Positions 1 through 11,464 of a stretch of DNA of 27,505 bases are shown piece by piece; the stretch's first letter is position 1, and each line of letters opens with the position of its first letter. The notes beneath the pieces were generated by a model. The model was given only the letters and a program-made list of their open reading frames with translations, was not told the origin of the DNA and did no database searches. The stretch comes from Vezdaea acicularis (taxonomy: Eukaryota): positions 62,001 through 89,505 of the forward strand of contig JAPEUI010000073.1 of NCBI GenBank assembly GCA_026025075.1, in the 5' to 3' direction. The translations under genes were made by a program, and so were the position numbers.

Positions 1-3000
1 AGGTATGCCCTCTCCGATTGCTTTGTGTTCGTCACAACCGTCAATTGACCCCCTTTAGCTTCAAGTTCGTCTCAGAACGCTGCTTGATAAGAAGAGAATG
101 ATGCAATCACGACAAGAGACAACTTCCAAGGTCTCCTCGACTTTCATCACGCTCGAAGAAGGCTTTCAACAATTCAACAACGACTTGAACAAGCTTCAGG
201 TGGGTTCCGTCCGCCAAGCGCTGCAAGACTACGCACTGATTCGCACAGCAATTCGTCGAGGTCAACGCGACTGCTTTCTCGAAGATTCTGAAAAAGGTTG
301 GTCGAAGAATCGAGAGCCATTCTGACTATGCTGACCATTTTCAAGTGGGACAAAACCTCCAAGGTCGGCAATGCGGTCGTGTTTGCCTGGCAGCTTCGGC
401 TGACTCCTCTCCTAGTCCCGAACCAAAGAGCTCTACCTCTCTCGTGCCGTCGACGTGCAGCCTTGCTTTAATCGGGATGTCATCAGCGAGCTCTCAGACC
501 AGGCGACGACCAGCCTCTTGGAATTAGGGGCATGGGCTGAGGGAGAAAAGGTGAACTTCGGAGCGCGCTCAGCTGATCACACTGTAACCAGCCAGCGAAT
601 CGGGACCGAAGAAAATGACACAGACTCCCATCTGCTGGATGCGATCAATTCAGGAAACCTTTCTACCGTACAGGATTGGATTCGAAGGCTGAGGGAGTCA
701 CCAAACGCAAAAGAGCGCGTTACGAGGACTTTCCTGACGACGATCAATGAAGCACCGGAAGACACGCTAGATTTGCTACTTGCAACAGACCTTGTAGACA
801 TACAATCGGAAGACGAGATAAACGAGAGGAATGTCCTCCACGAGGCGGCCATCTCTGGGCGCATGTTCCTCTTGAGGACAGCCCTCTCGAAGGGCGTTAA
901 AGCCTCAAGGGTTGATGTGTATGGCCGTATCCCTCTCCACTATGCCTGCATGCATGGAAGAGTCGACATGTTGCAGACTCTGGTCGAATCGGACCCGCAG
1001 ACTGTCAACATGATGGACCACGATAATTTCACACCACTCATACACGCCGTCGTACATCACCAACTCAGCTGCGTCCAGCGATTGATTTCCTTTCATGCGA
1101 AAGTAGATCCCAACTCCGATTCCGATCACATCCCGTTGAACCTTGCCTGTCAGCACGGGTGTACATCAATCACAGAGGTCCTACTAAAGGAGGGGGCAAA
1201 GGTTCTTCCAGATGCCGAAGGCCTTTACCCACAACATCTCGTTGCTCGTTCGGGCAAGACCCCTGAGCTCCTTTTGGTCTTGAAGGGCTACGGTGTAAAC
1301 CTGAACGAGATAGATAAGATGAATCAGTGGACACCTTTGTTTCATGCGTCAAGTGAAGGTCATGTAGCTTGTTTGCAGACTCTTTTAGACAATGGAGCAA
1401 GGGTGGATATACTGGATGAGAAGGGGCTTTCGGCAATGTACTACGCTGCCTGGGAGGGTTACCTCGAGTGTATGAGATTATTAGGTATTGCTGGAGCCAA
1501 ACCAGATCCTGCACGATTGCCCCTTTCTGCAACTCTGATGCCCACGAGTGTCACACCTGAGCCGATGAGTTTGGAGGCGGATAGCATCCCTAATCTCGTA
1601 CTCCCTCCCCCGATACTTCCTCTCCGACGATACGGACACAACTTCCTGGACAACAAGACCTTTGTTCAAATCAATTTCGAAGGCATGGGCTCAGACCCGA
1701 TTATCTTCTACCACGACAGCAAATATCCCGCCGCTCGTCTCACCATATCTTCTAAACATTCAGACCTCATCCCCCGCAACGTTCTCCTCCCCTTCCAAGA
1801 AGATACGAAAATCATCTCCTTCCAGATCGACAACCTCGAATCGTTCGCCATCGACTTCGACGTCTTTCCTACCTTCGGTGCTCGTGTCATCGCGAAGACG
1901 GTCGCCCTTCCGAGCATCTTCTCTGCCCTGACAAGCAGCTCAGGATACTGCTGCCTGCCCCTTTTCGACCCACGCTTGCGTGCCATTGGCCAGGTCAGCT
2001 TCACTTTCCAGGTCATCAAGCCATTCCACGGCATTCCTCTCGAGATCACCCACTTCGCCACGTACTGGAAAGCCACTAGCCAGGATGACGACCTTCCTGC
2101 CGCGCTGATCACTGGATCCAGCTTATCTGGGGAGTATGTCCGCCTATGCGTCCAACTCACCAATGATGGCGTACCTGTCATCTGCCCTTCTTGGACCGTC
2201 AACCATGGCGGCATCGACATCCCAATTAGCCAGCTGACACACGATCAATTTCGCTTCGTTGGAAAGCACAAGGGTGTCACCGGCAAACTAGCGCCCGTCC
2301 CGGAGCATGATATCGCGGCCATGCACCGTGTCCTCGCCGCCTCCTTCTGCACCCTCGAAGAAGCACTCGCATACCTCCCCGCCAGCATCCACGCCGAGAT
2401 CCACGCCCTATACCCCACCGTTGTACAGGAGAAGAATCTAGGGCTGGGACCGGCACCAAACTTGAATACCTTTGCAGACAACATCCTGAAGGTCGTCTTT
2501 GAGCACACACGACATTCTCGAGAGGAAGGCGCACGGAGTGAGTTTGGACGGGGATTAGTTTTCAGCAGCTTCAACCCAGACATCTGCACGGCGCTGAACT
2601 GGAAGCAACCGAACTGTACGTAATCTCCTCTCCTCTCCTCAAGAGGAACTGTAGGTCTGACACAAATTAAAGATCCCGTCTTCCTCTGCAACGCTCTCGG
2701 CGCAATCGAATCTCCCGCTTTGTCCTCTACAGAGCCTGCCGTAGCTGGCATACCCGCTTACCGCCCCAGAGACGCAAACGGTGGCGGCAAGAACGCGATG
2801 AGCGTCAAAGAAGCCGTGCGCATCGCGCAAACCAACAACTTCATGGGCCTGATCTGCTCGCGTCGACTTCTCGTACGACCTCCCCCCTCCCTCCTTTTCC
2901 CCTTACAAAAACAATTCATATGAACCTAGCTGACCACCCCTCCTCCCGGGGCCTTTAGGATCTCGTCCCCGCCCTCATTCGCTCCGTCAAAGTCGCCGGA

Positions 3001-3138
3001 CTCGTCCTCGTCATGGATACTGCCGCCGAAGCCAATACAGGGGATGCGCAGATGGGCCACCGCCCCACTCGGAAGGGCGTCGATGGTGTACTAAGGAGGG
3101 AAGGTGTGCTTAGGTTCGAGGAGACGATTAATATGTAG
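1..3138 (+). CDS. PHO81: SPX-ankyrin-GDPD-like cyclin-dependent kinase inhibitor PHO81/NUC-2 (5'-partial)
   Basis: Exons 59-199, 249-296, 346-363, 416-2615, 2673-2872 and 2959-3138, all flanked by GT..AG introns. The spliced SPX end reads LNKLQQFVEVNATAFSKILKKWDKTSKSRTKELYL. Ankyrin repeats follow (GRIPLHYACMHG, NFTPLIHAV, QWTPLFHASSEGH), then PPPILPLRRYGHNFLD and a degenerate GDPD-like C-terminus (LVFSSFNPDICTALNWKQPNYPVFLCN). Stop TAG at 3136-3138. Confidence 0.93.
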
Positions 3139-3180
3139 GCTAAGTGGAACTGCGAATCAGTGGCACGGAATGAGCGGGAA

Positions 3181-3229
<49 letters not shown>
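3181..3229. repeat. Poly-G homopolymer (G49)
   Basis: 49 consecutive G in the intergenic/3'UTR region between the convergent PHO81 and RAD1 genes. Confidence 0.9.
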
Positions 3230-3230
<1 letters not shown>

Positions 3231-3641
3231 GGAAGGGGTTGCTAGGATGGGCTCGCTCGTGCGGTGGGGTGGGGTGGAGGCGTTTTGGGTTTTTGGGGAA
3301 GGGGGGCGGAGAAGATTGACAAGAGAAGGGAAGGTGAGAGTGGAAAGCGAAAAGATAAAATTCAATCCCGATAGAACCCCCTTTTTTCCCCATTCTATAT
3401 CGCTATGGGACGTGCGCGTGGAGTCGAAATTGTATATGGCTGGAGTACCGAGTTCCTTGCGGCCTTCCCTTCGCTGCGGAATCTTCGCTGTGCTTCTCCC
3501 TTGTCCTCTCCTGTCCTCCCTATATGGGCTGCTCATCGACTCACCCCTGTTTGAGCTCATTGTCGATTAACCTCGCATTTCTCTTCTTCGTAACACTCCT
3601 GCTCCCATCAATCCCCACCCCCTGGACCATCCAAAAAAAAG

Positions 3642-6600
3642 TCACTCAAAAACACTCCTATTAAAAAACTCCCAAACCTGCCTCCCCGCCTCTTTCCCCA
3701 GGACCTCTTCGATCCTGTCCCTCTCCCAATTCGCCAGCTCGAGAAGATCGCGCGCCTCGAGAACGAGGCGACTGATATTCTTCGCCGACACGCCCTTGAC
3801 GGCGCGGAGCATATCCTGGGGTTCCGCATTCCAGACGGCAGGGCCGCCGGCCTCGGCGTCTTCGCCGGGTTGGAGACCGATTTGGACGGCGCGGAGGGGG
3901 TCGGGTTCGGGGGCTTGGGTCTTGAGGGTTTGGAAGATGGAGGCGGTTTGGTAGGGGGAGGAGGACCAGATGATTTTGAGGCGGGGGAAGGCGAGGGTGA
4001 GGAGGACGAGTTTGGATTGGAGGTCGGATGGGTTGGCGGCGGACGCGAGAGAGGTGGGATTGGAGTAATCTTGGAAGGGCTGGGGAGGGGGTGAGGGTTT
4101 GCGTTAGCGGCCAGGGATGTTCAAGAGGGGGGGAGTAGGGGAAGGGAGGAATGACACACCTCGAGAGTAAAGCTTTTCCCGACATCGAACTCGATGAGGA
4201 GCATGGGGCTCTTATAGTGCTGCAGCATCGTCTCGGCCTGGTTGTACAGCCGCCCGTCTTTGAAACTGCTGATCAGGTCTTTCACGCTTTTGCGCTCGAT
4301 GCAGATGTCCGGTGTGAGGACGTAGTCGCCGACGGTCAGGAGGCAGGGGACGACTACTATGCTGGAGCCGTGCAGGAGGGAGGGGAGGGACGAGCGGAAT
4401 TCGCGCACGTCGACGACGACGCGGGGGGGCTCGGCGGTGGCGGCGAGGCGCCCGCCGCCGGCGATGCGCGTGTTGACCGTGCGGAGGAAGGCTTCTTGCG
4501 GGTCGAGCAGCTGGGCGTCGGTCGTGAGTGTGATGGCCATGTTCTGAGTTGGGTAATGTTAGCTGGAGCTTCCTCTGGTTCTGAATGTTGATGGCGGGCT
4601 TACCCCCTTCTCCTTGATCAGCCTGGTGAAAGAGTCCTTCTCCCGCCTCACGGCGCTGAGGTATCTTTGCTCTTCTACTGAGCCACTGTAGTACATGAAG
4701 TAGACTCGAACGTTCCGGTCGCTATGTGAGCTGCGATAGACTTCCACGCGCCGAATGAAAGCTGCATCCGGTTCATACATGATGATGTATCTTGGCTTCA
4801 CCTCCTCCAGGACGTGCTCGTCAAGGTCCCCATCGTACGCATGGACAAGAACAATGTCATCCATTTCGTACAACTCAAAGTAGTCTTCCATATCATCCAA
4901 AGGGTCGGCAGCAATCTCATGCTTTTGCTGCCCTTCAGACTCGGTAGGTCGAATCTCAGCCACGAGATCCCTGATAAGTGAGGCATTGTCCTGAGCTACT
5001 TGCAAGCTCCCGTTCGAGCTGCGAGAAGGTCCAGTAGCAACAGATCCACCCCCACGAACTCTCCGACGTTTGTTCGGGGGCGCCTTCCCCTGCTGTCTAC
5101 CGCCTCCTGTCTTTGATTCCGCCGCCCCATCCAAAACCTTCTGATTCTCGGCGAAGAGTGACGCGCTGACTTTGGCAAAATCTTTCTTCCAATGGAGATA
5201 GTTTCGAAGCTTTCGCCGCATCATGAACGACGCAGAGGCTTCTGTTTGCAGCATTTCTTCATCAGATCCTGTTTCAGGATCATCCAAAGAGACATGCTGG
5301 GTCTGCAAATACTCTCTCAGCTGCCGGCAAGTACCTTCATCCGAGCACATTATCAGAATCGTACCATTGGAGTCATCGCGAACCATAGGATTGAAATAGG
5401 CATCACGCTCTATCTCCTCCAATATCTCCGAGAGCCAATGCCATTTGGGCTGCTCTTCCAGGACTGGTCTCAAAGAAGTTGGTAATGCGTCGCCACCAAC
5501 AAGATTGCCGTCCGCTTTTCCAGTGTATACTCTTCGCTTTGCAGTATCAAAAATGATATGTGCTGCGTCAAGGAAAAGCCATGGAGACTGGCTCTGCCGC
5601 GTAGACCCTGGTGGCGGGGAGTGGGCTGCTAAGATGGTATCCAGATAGCGGTTGAACGTAACCGCATCATATGTCAGCAGAGAGCTTGCCTCATGGTTAG
5701 CAGAGACGCTATAGTGAGGGTTGTAGGGCCAACTGACTGGAGGATCTGGCGCAAAATCGTCAAGTCGTGTACAATCTGACGGGTCTTGTAGCTAACACGA
5801 TGCCAAACCGGATCAAGTTGTCTCCTGATGACGGTATCAAAGTTCTTGTGCAAGGCGCTATCCAATGTCCATTCATCCATTTCCAGCCCAGAGTTCGCTT
5901 TCTTCAGCTCCCCTATGCTAGCTTCAACGCATTCGAGAATGGCATTCTGAATATCTCGCATGTTTTCTGTCATGGGCACTTCGAGCTCGATCACCTCTGC
6001 CTTTTTCCTGCCCTCCAGAGACTTCGCCACCGTGACATGAAAGCGCGGCCATAGCGACGGCTTTCGAAGGAAAAGATTCCTCAACGATGCGGCAAGAGGT
6101 GAGTAGCCACTAAATTGCTCGGGATTATCGGAAAATGCCTTGAGAAATCCTTGCTTGTTGTTCTGTCTATACACTCGAAGAATAAAAGCCTCGGTCGAAG
6201 TAGCAATGACTTTCTCTGCGTGCAGAACTACCATACCAGTGATTGTTTGAGGATCGAGAAGACTGGTCAGGAGATCCACTACTAGTATCCTCGACGTGAT
6301 GCTGAAGATCCCTCCTTGACTATACATCTTTTCCCTTGTTCCCACACTCATCATATCTGTATTCACGACGCTTAAGCCCCGAGCGTTGGACGCCATGCTT
6401 ACTGCAGCATGTTCTGCCAGTGCCTCTCCGATCCAGCCATTCTCGCGCTCGTCCGCACCGACGACCACGATCAAGTTATTTCCAGCTGCATCATAAGAGT
6501 GGAGAAGGTTGGTAACAATGCGTAAGAGGCCAAGGCCTCGTGCAAGAAGCACAAGCTCATCTTCAGACCGAAGCTCATGAAATAGGTCTTGCTGGTATTC

Positions 6601-6701
6601 CTGGCCAATGATTTAGTGTCGATGTGAGGAGAACGTCGGGCGAAACCTACAAGTGGAAGTGAAAGCTTTACGGGTAGCTTTGCATCGTTTTCTGATGGCA
6701 T
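3642..6701 (-). CDS. RAD1: DNA repair endonuclease XPF/Rad1/Rad16/MEI-9 (ERCC4 family), about 938 aa
   Basis: Exons 6701-6651, 6600-5738, 5684-4604, 4543-4160 and 4079-3642 total 2817 nt, in frame. Motifs: helicase-like SITSRILVVDLL, LWPRFH and LEEQPKW; ERCC4 nuclease VVVDVREFRSSLP..VGDYVLT..ERKSVKDLISS..GRLYNQ..LLIEFD; C-terminal HhH-like region. Confidence 0.95.
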
Positions 6702-7039
6702 GTGGGTTTCTTCGATGCTTTGTTCCGGCTTGAAACCAGAGTTGATGTTAAGGTGACCAGGCATCGAATTTAGGACCACATCCTTTCGTCATATACTGTA
6801 CTCTGGCTCGCAAAATCACGAAAGCTTCCCTTGATGTATTCATAAATACAGTTTTTGATTAAATTTTACTAATACAATTAATTTCGGACATTTAGAGCGG
6901 TTTGAGAACCGCAAAAGCCAGCGCCTCAGGGTTATAGGTCCTCACGAACATACGACTGAACAGTCCTCATCTAGCAGTTGGCCTCTCATTCCAGTGTGCT
7001 TATTACATCTTCGGAAATATTAAAATAACACAGAGAGCC

Positions 7040-9945
7040 TTATGTTATACCATCTGCTTCACCCAAAGCCTTAACTACTTGCTTGAGCAATACACTCCCA
7101 ACATTAGGAGGTACGGCGTTCCCAATCTGCCTCTTAATCCCAATAGGGCCGAATTGGTGTTCTAGTGGGAAACCTTGAAGGCATGCAAATTCCCTTAGCG
7201 TGAAATTTCTTTGCCCACTTGGGTGGTAGTTGCCATCGCCTCCTTTCGTCGTGATACAACTCCTTAGCGGTTCGTTACCATTATATGGGGGCTTGGTTTG
7301 TCGCAAACGAGCCTGAGCCAAGTCGTGATTCGCATGACCTATAGGTATGTGAGAGATGAAGCTATTTACCGAAGTGTAACGTGGTAAACCTAAAGGATTT
7401 GGGCAGTCTCTGGGAACGTGCGTCGGTTTAGGAAAAGGGGGAAGTATTTCTCCTGGACTACGATGTGTCAGCACAGACGGAGTAGAGTCGGGTTCATCTA
7501 TAGAAATACCATGATGCTATGATAAACAAGCGATTCCTAGACTGCACAAGACCGTAATCTGCACAATTGATGATTTTCCAGCGGACGCTAAAGCCTAGAT
7601 CAGTAAACATGTGAACGACAGTCTTCATGAACAGAGGATGTCTTTTCATGAGACCGGAGGTTTGTTCAAGTGTGACAACCCGCGGCCTTGCCTTTTTGAT
7701 GACTTCAGGAATCGCAAACAGACTAGCGGTATTCATCTCGTCGTCCTTTCCCTGGATCGTGTGCGCCGCCGAAAAGAACTGACATGGGGGAGACAGATGG
7801 AGAATATCCACTACATCATTATCCTCTTTCAGAGTGACAAAATGGCTTGCCTCAGCCAGACAGTCGTTGGCCTCGGGGAAGTTCAGACCAAAAGATCTAA
7901 TAGCGTGCTTGTCAAAGTCGAAGCCCCACTGTACTCTAAGATCTGCTAGTTTGGCAGCACGTGACATACCCCCAGCTCCGCAAAAGGCATCCCCGAACGT
8001 GTAATGATGCCCACGTTGCTCAACATTACCGAATGGATCTAATAGTTTTAGACGTTTATGAACTGACTGAGCCAGCTTTTGTCCTGCTGGGGATAAACCG
8101 TCTGGGGTGCACGGTGCACTCCATGATGAAACATCCTCTCCAGCAGTACTCCATACGTCCTCGTCAAGATAGGGCTGCCGTCGCCTTCGACGGGGGCTAC
8201 TTGTTGGCGTAGTGTCATAGCCAAATGAAGCGTTGCTAGATGGGGTGAAGCTTGTAAAAGGATCACTGGCAGTAAGATCGATAGTGTTCGGAACAGATAG
8301 ATTGGGGAACAGTCGTCTATTAGGACCCAATCCAGCCTCAGAATGTGAAGTTAGGTCAATAAAGGCCAGGTTCTTGTTGCTTTGCGCCTTAACGGAGGTT
8401 GCAAAATTAGGGTAGTATTCTTTATTGCGGCCACGACGATTTTGACAGGGTAAGGTCTGAATAACATCCGATGGTAGATTATGCTGAGGACGTCTTGTCG
8501 GAGTTATGGGCTGCATACCGTTGCGCCGTGATGAAGCAGGTGCCGCCAGGATATGTTCTGGTCGCCAGCGAGATCTTAAAGTCCTGTTCGATAAGCCCAT
8601 ATTTTCATCGATATCTTCTTCCTGTAGCTTCTGTATGAACTGGTCACACCATGCTTTCTTTCGACTATCTTGTGCGTTCTTCGCAACGGCAACAAACTTC
8701 CATCGACAGATAAGATCATATTCACTGTAAACGACATCATCCGAACCACTCAAGCCACGGTCCCTGAAGGACAGCTCGGGGAAATCGCGATTCGTCATGA
8801 TGAGGTTCCTTTTCTGTCCAGTCTTGAGCTCGTTCAGGGGTACCTCCTTTATCGCTTGTTCTTTGGCAGACTGCTCGTTGCTCTCGTCAAATTGAGAAAT
8901 CCAGCAGAGCTCGTTTCTCCGGTTGGGAAAGTAGCCTGGCATAGCCTTTGTTCGCCAAAATATCCACCCTCGTAAAACAACCTCCATCGTCTCTTTATGC
9001 CTCAAAATACTGCGAATTCGAATGAACTCGCCGTTCTCCAATTCGAGTGCATCGCCAATCTTCAAGTTGTTGTCAAACCCGCACCGCTCAATCTTTGTAT
9101 ATGGCTGAGAAGGGAGACCTTCATGAGACATGATGCTACTATCACGTAAGAAAGCATGGACATTCTCACCCTCATCCCTCAGATGATTCTGGTATTCAGC
9201 TTGGGTGATTTCGTCCTGCTGCAAGCCAGTAAGGTCGATGACTGACCCTTCGGTATCCGAATAATCCGAAACATCCACCAGATCAATTATCTCAGTATTT
9301 ACGGCGTCTGGTCGAGCGGCTATCGAAACTCGAGACGTTTCGGGAACTGGTGTGACCTGTAATGAATACTTTTTGGAGGAATGTGGCAACAAAGGTGATG
9401 CACGACGGGCATTGGTTGATCTATTAACATCTACTAGCTTCTCTTGAGTTCGAGGCCTTGATTCACCATTGAGAAGGGATTGAACGTTGGTATTAGCACT
9501 GTTTGCCGGACGCATCGCGTGAATAGTCTTCGAAGAGTCATTGACACGATTGCGAGAAGACCCCGCTGTATGTAGCAACGATCAGTCAGACACTAAGCTC
9601 CAAACATAAGCTCTCATTAAGCCCAGTTCAGGGGAAACGGAGAGTGTGTGAAAGTGGTTTGTGGTGCTTACAAGTACTGCCTGAGTTCATGTTCGTGGCA
9701 CTAGACGTATGGTTTACGCGTGGATTGTAGGTAGCTCCTTTAGCTAAAATTGACTTCATGTTAGTGATTTGGTTCATTGATCATGTCAATATTTGAGTTG
9801 GAGAGAGGATTGTTCGACGGATAAGCTGTATAAACGTGAAATGAGGACCATAAGGCCAGAGCTATATCTCACCCTTACCTGGGACTTCATTCTGTGGAGA
9901 CTTGCCATCCTCAATGACAATAGCGTCATTTCGCGAACCCGACAT
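7040..9945 (-). CDS. rid: RID/Masc1/DmtA-family C5 cytosine DNA methyltransferase, about 870 aa
   Basis: Exons 9945-9879, 9743-9672, 9565-7510 and 7457-7040 total 2613 nt, in frame; the two short 5' exons are less certain. Motif I DAFCGAGG, motif IV HLSPPCQ, motif VI LEQTSGL (EQT in place of ENV is diagnostic of the Masc1/RID class), motif VIII QSRNRLFIIASCPGE, motifs IX/X RNFTLREFACLQGFP..QIGNAVPP. Confidence 0.9.
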
Positions 9946-11464
9946 CTCTGCGTCAATAAGATTCGAGCTCTTCGAGTAGCTTGATTTAAATGAGTGATGA
10001 AGTGGAAAGTACGACTGTCGATAGATATTAAGGGACGTGACTTGAAGTGGGACCTGAATATCGCTAAATAAGTCCATACTAGGTCAGTAGGGCTGTGATG
10101 TGGAGTAAAGATAGATGGAGAATCCCCTAAAGCCGCCAGAGGAGATATCAAATGTCAAACTTTGTCCTAGTAAGACAAAGGCGGATAGGTGCCTCCCAAA
10201 AAGAGGGCATAGGTGAAACTCTTTCACGTTTGATTCCCGTAGAAGAATAGACAAGATAGAAGCTGAAAGGGTCCACGCACTATTCCTGACAAACATGGTG
10301 GTCTCTCGGTCCCCCAGAAACGACACGAGCTGTGGAACATCCCAGGCTAGTTTGAGAATAACATTTTTGCTCTGGTATCTTCCTGGCACGCCCAGAATCT
10401 ATCCTACAGCACTTATGAAAAGCTTCCATATTGCAAAGAGGGCTGTTTGAGAGCGGCGAGCTTTGGGATAGCTCATGTCTTAGGGCGCGTTGCTGCAACA
10501 TGCTCGCAACCTTCGGGCGTCACTATAATTTACAAGTCCTATTGTATTAGGGATGTAGGAAATAAGTATCAAAATACTTGAAGAGGACAATCATTTCTCT
10601 TCACTCTCCCGTAATCACCAGAGACCGAGCTGCGCAGACAGAGATGCGAAAAGAGAAATTTGGGATGACGCTCATCCCTGGAAAAGGAACGCGAAGTAGA
10701 TCTAAACTTAGATCATCTATCAAATTTTAATCGTAAAATGGGTTGAGTTTGTCGTGATACTTCATCAGCTTCAGCATTTCCGCCTTGTGATTTTCGAGCT
10801 GCATAAGGACAAAGAAGTCCGTGGGAATTGATGATGCGACGGCCTGATAAGCAAAGGGCACATGAGTGAGGACCAACTGGCACTGTCTGAGTCTTTCAAA
10901 GCCTGCTTGAAGGCGGATTGCCACAGAAAAAGCTCCATCGCCTCACTTGTCCCATCCTTGCCATTGAGTACAAGTGCACAATGTCAAAATCAAGAGGCGA
11001 GTAAAGTATCACTGCGCTCTCCAACATCCCTGCTTGCTTTCCATACCCCGGCCCCACCTCGGCTCCAACAAAAAATCCCACTAAGCCCCTCTTGCACAGG
11101 CCTCTAGCACAATCTAAACTTTCTCGTAAACTTGAGTCTTGCCTTTAACTTAAGACACCATGGTCTTCTCCTTTCCTGCAAGACGCGGGCCGATTGAGCC
11201 CAAAGCCAGCCTCTTCTTCTGGGTAAGCATAATCTTTTCGAGCTTGAAGGCAGCCATCTGTAATAAAATGATTGCCACACGCGACCTCGAATGATGAACA
11301 AATATTTTCAAGATGTTAGACTGCCGAAACAGCATGTGGATATTTACTATTTTCCTGACAACACGCTCCACATTAGCATATGTCAACGTTATACAGCCCA
11401 TAATACGTATGCTAATGCACTTCCTCTGCAGCTTCCTAGCCGTATTCCCTAAACTCGCCTCAAT

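Noticed and set aside
2100..3138. Active glycerophosphodiesterase (Gde1) call for the first gene
   Set aside because: No HRG catalytic motif is visible, and the sequence fits PHO81/NUC-2 with a degenerate GDPD domain.
2955..3570. Poly-Pro and poly-Gly ORFs on both strands (201, 136, 78 and 71 aa)
   Set aside because: They are by-products of the G49 tract and G-rich intergenic DNA, with no domain signal.
10699..10714. Inverted repeat GATCTAA-AC-TTAGATC
   Set aside because: A single 7-bp arm pair is plausible by chance in 27 kb, and there is no terminal-repeat or target-duplication context.
9946..11464. Several 60-126 aa ORFs in the 1.5-kb rid-ADE4 divergent intergenic region
   Set aside because: No recognisable motifs and no consistent exon chain. 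A small gene or ncRNA cannot be excluded without RNA data.
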